NCBI RefSeq assembly: GCF_037042905.1
Contig: NC_087246.1
Location: 46,624,001-46,688,000 of the forward strand
DNA: 64,000 nt
Direction: 5' to 3'
Origin: Lytechinus pictus
Taxonomy: Eukaryota
Shown here: positions 61,833 to 64,000 of the stretch, piece after piece
Numbering within the stretch: position 1 is the first letter of the stretch
Layout: the number at the start of each line of letters is the position of its first letter
Position numbers and translations under genes: made by a program
The notes under the pieces: model-generated
What the model was told of the DNA's origin: nothing
What the model saw: only the letters and a program-made list of their open reading frames with translations
The model's database searches: none

Positions 61833-64000
61833 TTAAATATGTAATCGCAAACTAATATCTAAGAGGTATCAAACAATGTTATAACTGTGAATTGTGGTGT
61901 ATCGTAGGGTGTTGTAATATTTTATTCCATTTCAATGATATTTTGATATAATTTAGAGGCAACAGTATAGTTGATTGGAAATGAAATTATGTTAGAAAGG
62001 GAAAAAAAGACAAGTGAATAGTTACAGGAAGGTGTTTTATAGAACTAGAAGAGAAAAGAAGAGAGAGAGAAAGGGGGGGGGGGGAGAATGAAATAAAAAT
62101 GAAAGACCGAGGGACAAACAAGAATATTTCAAAAGATCATATAGTGAATACAAGAATTTGTATGAAATCATGAATTTGTTACTAGCATTTTAAATGCCAC
62201 CCCACACTTAAACCTCTTTTTTTTTTACTATCATTTGTATGCTTCATTGCAGTGTTCCTCAATTTGAGTTTTTTAGACTACTTCCACATCAAAAGTAGAT
62301 CACTATTTATGGAAAAACATGAGTATGTACTCTACTCATTTGTTTTTAAACTATCATCCTCATTAATAACTTTGTTTGAAACTTGTTTAGCAACAACCTA
62401 TATGGGACAAATGGATTATAATCATTTCCAAGGGACTTAAATCATGATTGTTTATCGAAATGGTTTTCACTCATGGTATCATAACTTGTGAAATAATCCA
62501 TAAAAATTGCATACCGGTTGAACTGTGAGTAGCATGATCTTGATAGATCTATCAATGTTTGATTCTTTTCTTGATTCAGCTTCATAACCAGCAAATTAAA
62601 AAGAACTGAAATTGTTTTGATTATTAAATTTAGTGTCATTACATGTTTACACACCATTCATTCCCTATGTTTCTTTGGCATCTCTTATTCTCTTTTTGAG
62701 GCAACATGATGTTGCTTTATATATCAAACTGAATGGAAAGTTCCCTTGAAGCATGATGTATTACACCTGTGCAATATGAGAATGCCTTTTTTAAATTGGC
62801 ATTTACCTTTAATAACCAATTTGGCCTTGAATAAAATACATTTTGAATGACTGTAATTTTCACTGTACCTGTAAATCCCCTGAAATTGTAATATATATGT
62901 GTAGATGTCCACCTACATGTACAATAGCACACCTACCATTTCCATTCCATTCCTTGTTTTTATTTGGCAATAAGTCATGATTGACTATTTTTGCCACCCA
63001 CTGTATGAAAAGTAGGGTAACAATTTTATTTATTATTATTATTTTTATATTACTTTTTTATTATTATTTCTTGTATATTCATTCCTTTTTTTTTATTGAA
63101 AATTGATTTGTATAGCCTAAGACCCAAGCATTTTTTTTCTTCAATTTTTATGATTCATTTTACTTTTTTATACAAAAACACTGAATTTATACTTTATGTT
63201 GGACTGTTAAAACTTCAGTGAACAGAGATAGAATAATTGAGATAGGATCTACATGTGGAATCATGCTATGAGAAATACTTCAGATTTTCTTAAAATGAAT
63301 TTCTCTGAAACCAACCTTTTACAGATACCTTTGGCTGGAAGTTAGGCCATCAATATGGCAGCTATTAGAGTGTGGTTGATATTGTCCCCTGATTAGATGG
63401 ACTGGTTTTGTTTCCAAGAATAGCATTTAGGTCAAATAAATAGGTTACTAGATATCTGTGTCATGAGCAATGCCATATATCGGACTCGGACTTCTACTTT
63501 CTCATTATCTTCAAATTTACTGTTCTGAAGACAAAATGTGGGACTTGATTTTCACCTCTCTCTGTTTCAGTGCTTCTTGTTGTTTCTTCCTTCCATCCTT
63601 TGCACTGCTGTGTCGTTCAATATTATGACAACACAATCCTTTGTGTGATGGAACTAAAATGTCATATTGTAAAATTATACTTTGAACAGCTTTTATTTTC
63701 ATGTTACCAAGTTTAAAAACACAGAGATCAATATTATCTCAAGTTTTGAAAAAAGGATAAAATAGAGAGATAACCCTGTCAAGTATTTCCTATAATTAAA
63801 CATTAATGCAATGAGGAATACGGTACAAATAAAAATGTGTGCTCAAACTGCTCATACACATTACCCCCCCCCCCCCCCTACGGAACTGATGATTTCTTTT
63901 AAACTTATATTCATAATTTTTTTATGGGAAAGCGCTTCTAAAAATTGTGATAACTCTCGGTCTTTTTTTTTTGTCAGAAAATATTTTGCCCCTCCTGACA

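Overview
AT-rich, intron-rich animal genomic DNA with three N-gaps; the repeat families look like sea urchin (inference). No prokaryotic features and no CRISPR array. Four host genes can be assembled from splice sites, mostly missed by the ORF track: (1) a GRB2/Drk-family adaptor (+; SH2 exons 1742-1864 and 11972-12104, linker micro-exons 15336-15374 and 16400-16432, C-terminal SH3 exon 20301-20498); (2) a ~488-aa multi-pass membrane protein with gustatory-receptor-like (GRL/7TMIC) topology (-; 35228-34832, 31985-30916); (3) a 325-aa MGC-lipidated protein with three stathmin-like G(V/M)AFE motifs (-; five exons, 47206-44822); (4) the first coding exon of SLC7A6OS (+; 50308-50496). The rest is mostly nested transposons with readable target-site duplications (TSDs). 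The most striking object is a 6,067-bp Polinton/Maverick-derived near-palindrome (4210-10276; AGAGA...TCTCT ends, 6-bp TAGGTC TSD). It has gene-bearing inverted arms of at least 2.2 kb (originally ~3.2 kb), arrays of 54/55-bp POU-motif repeats, and a C2H2/acidic ORF, but no core Polinton genes. It is the innermost layer of a transposon nest inside the intron that splits the GRB2-like SH2 domain.
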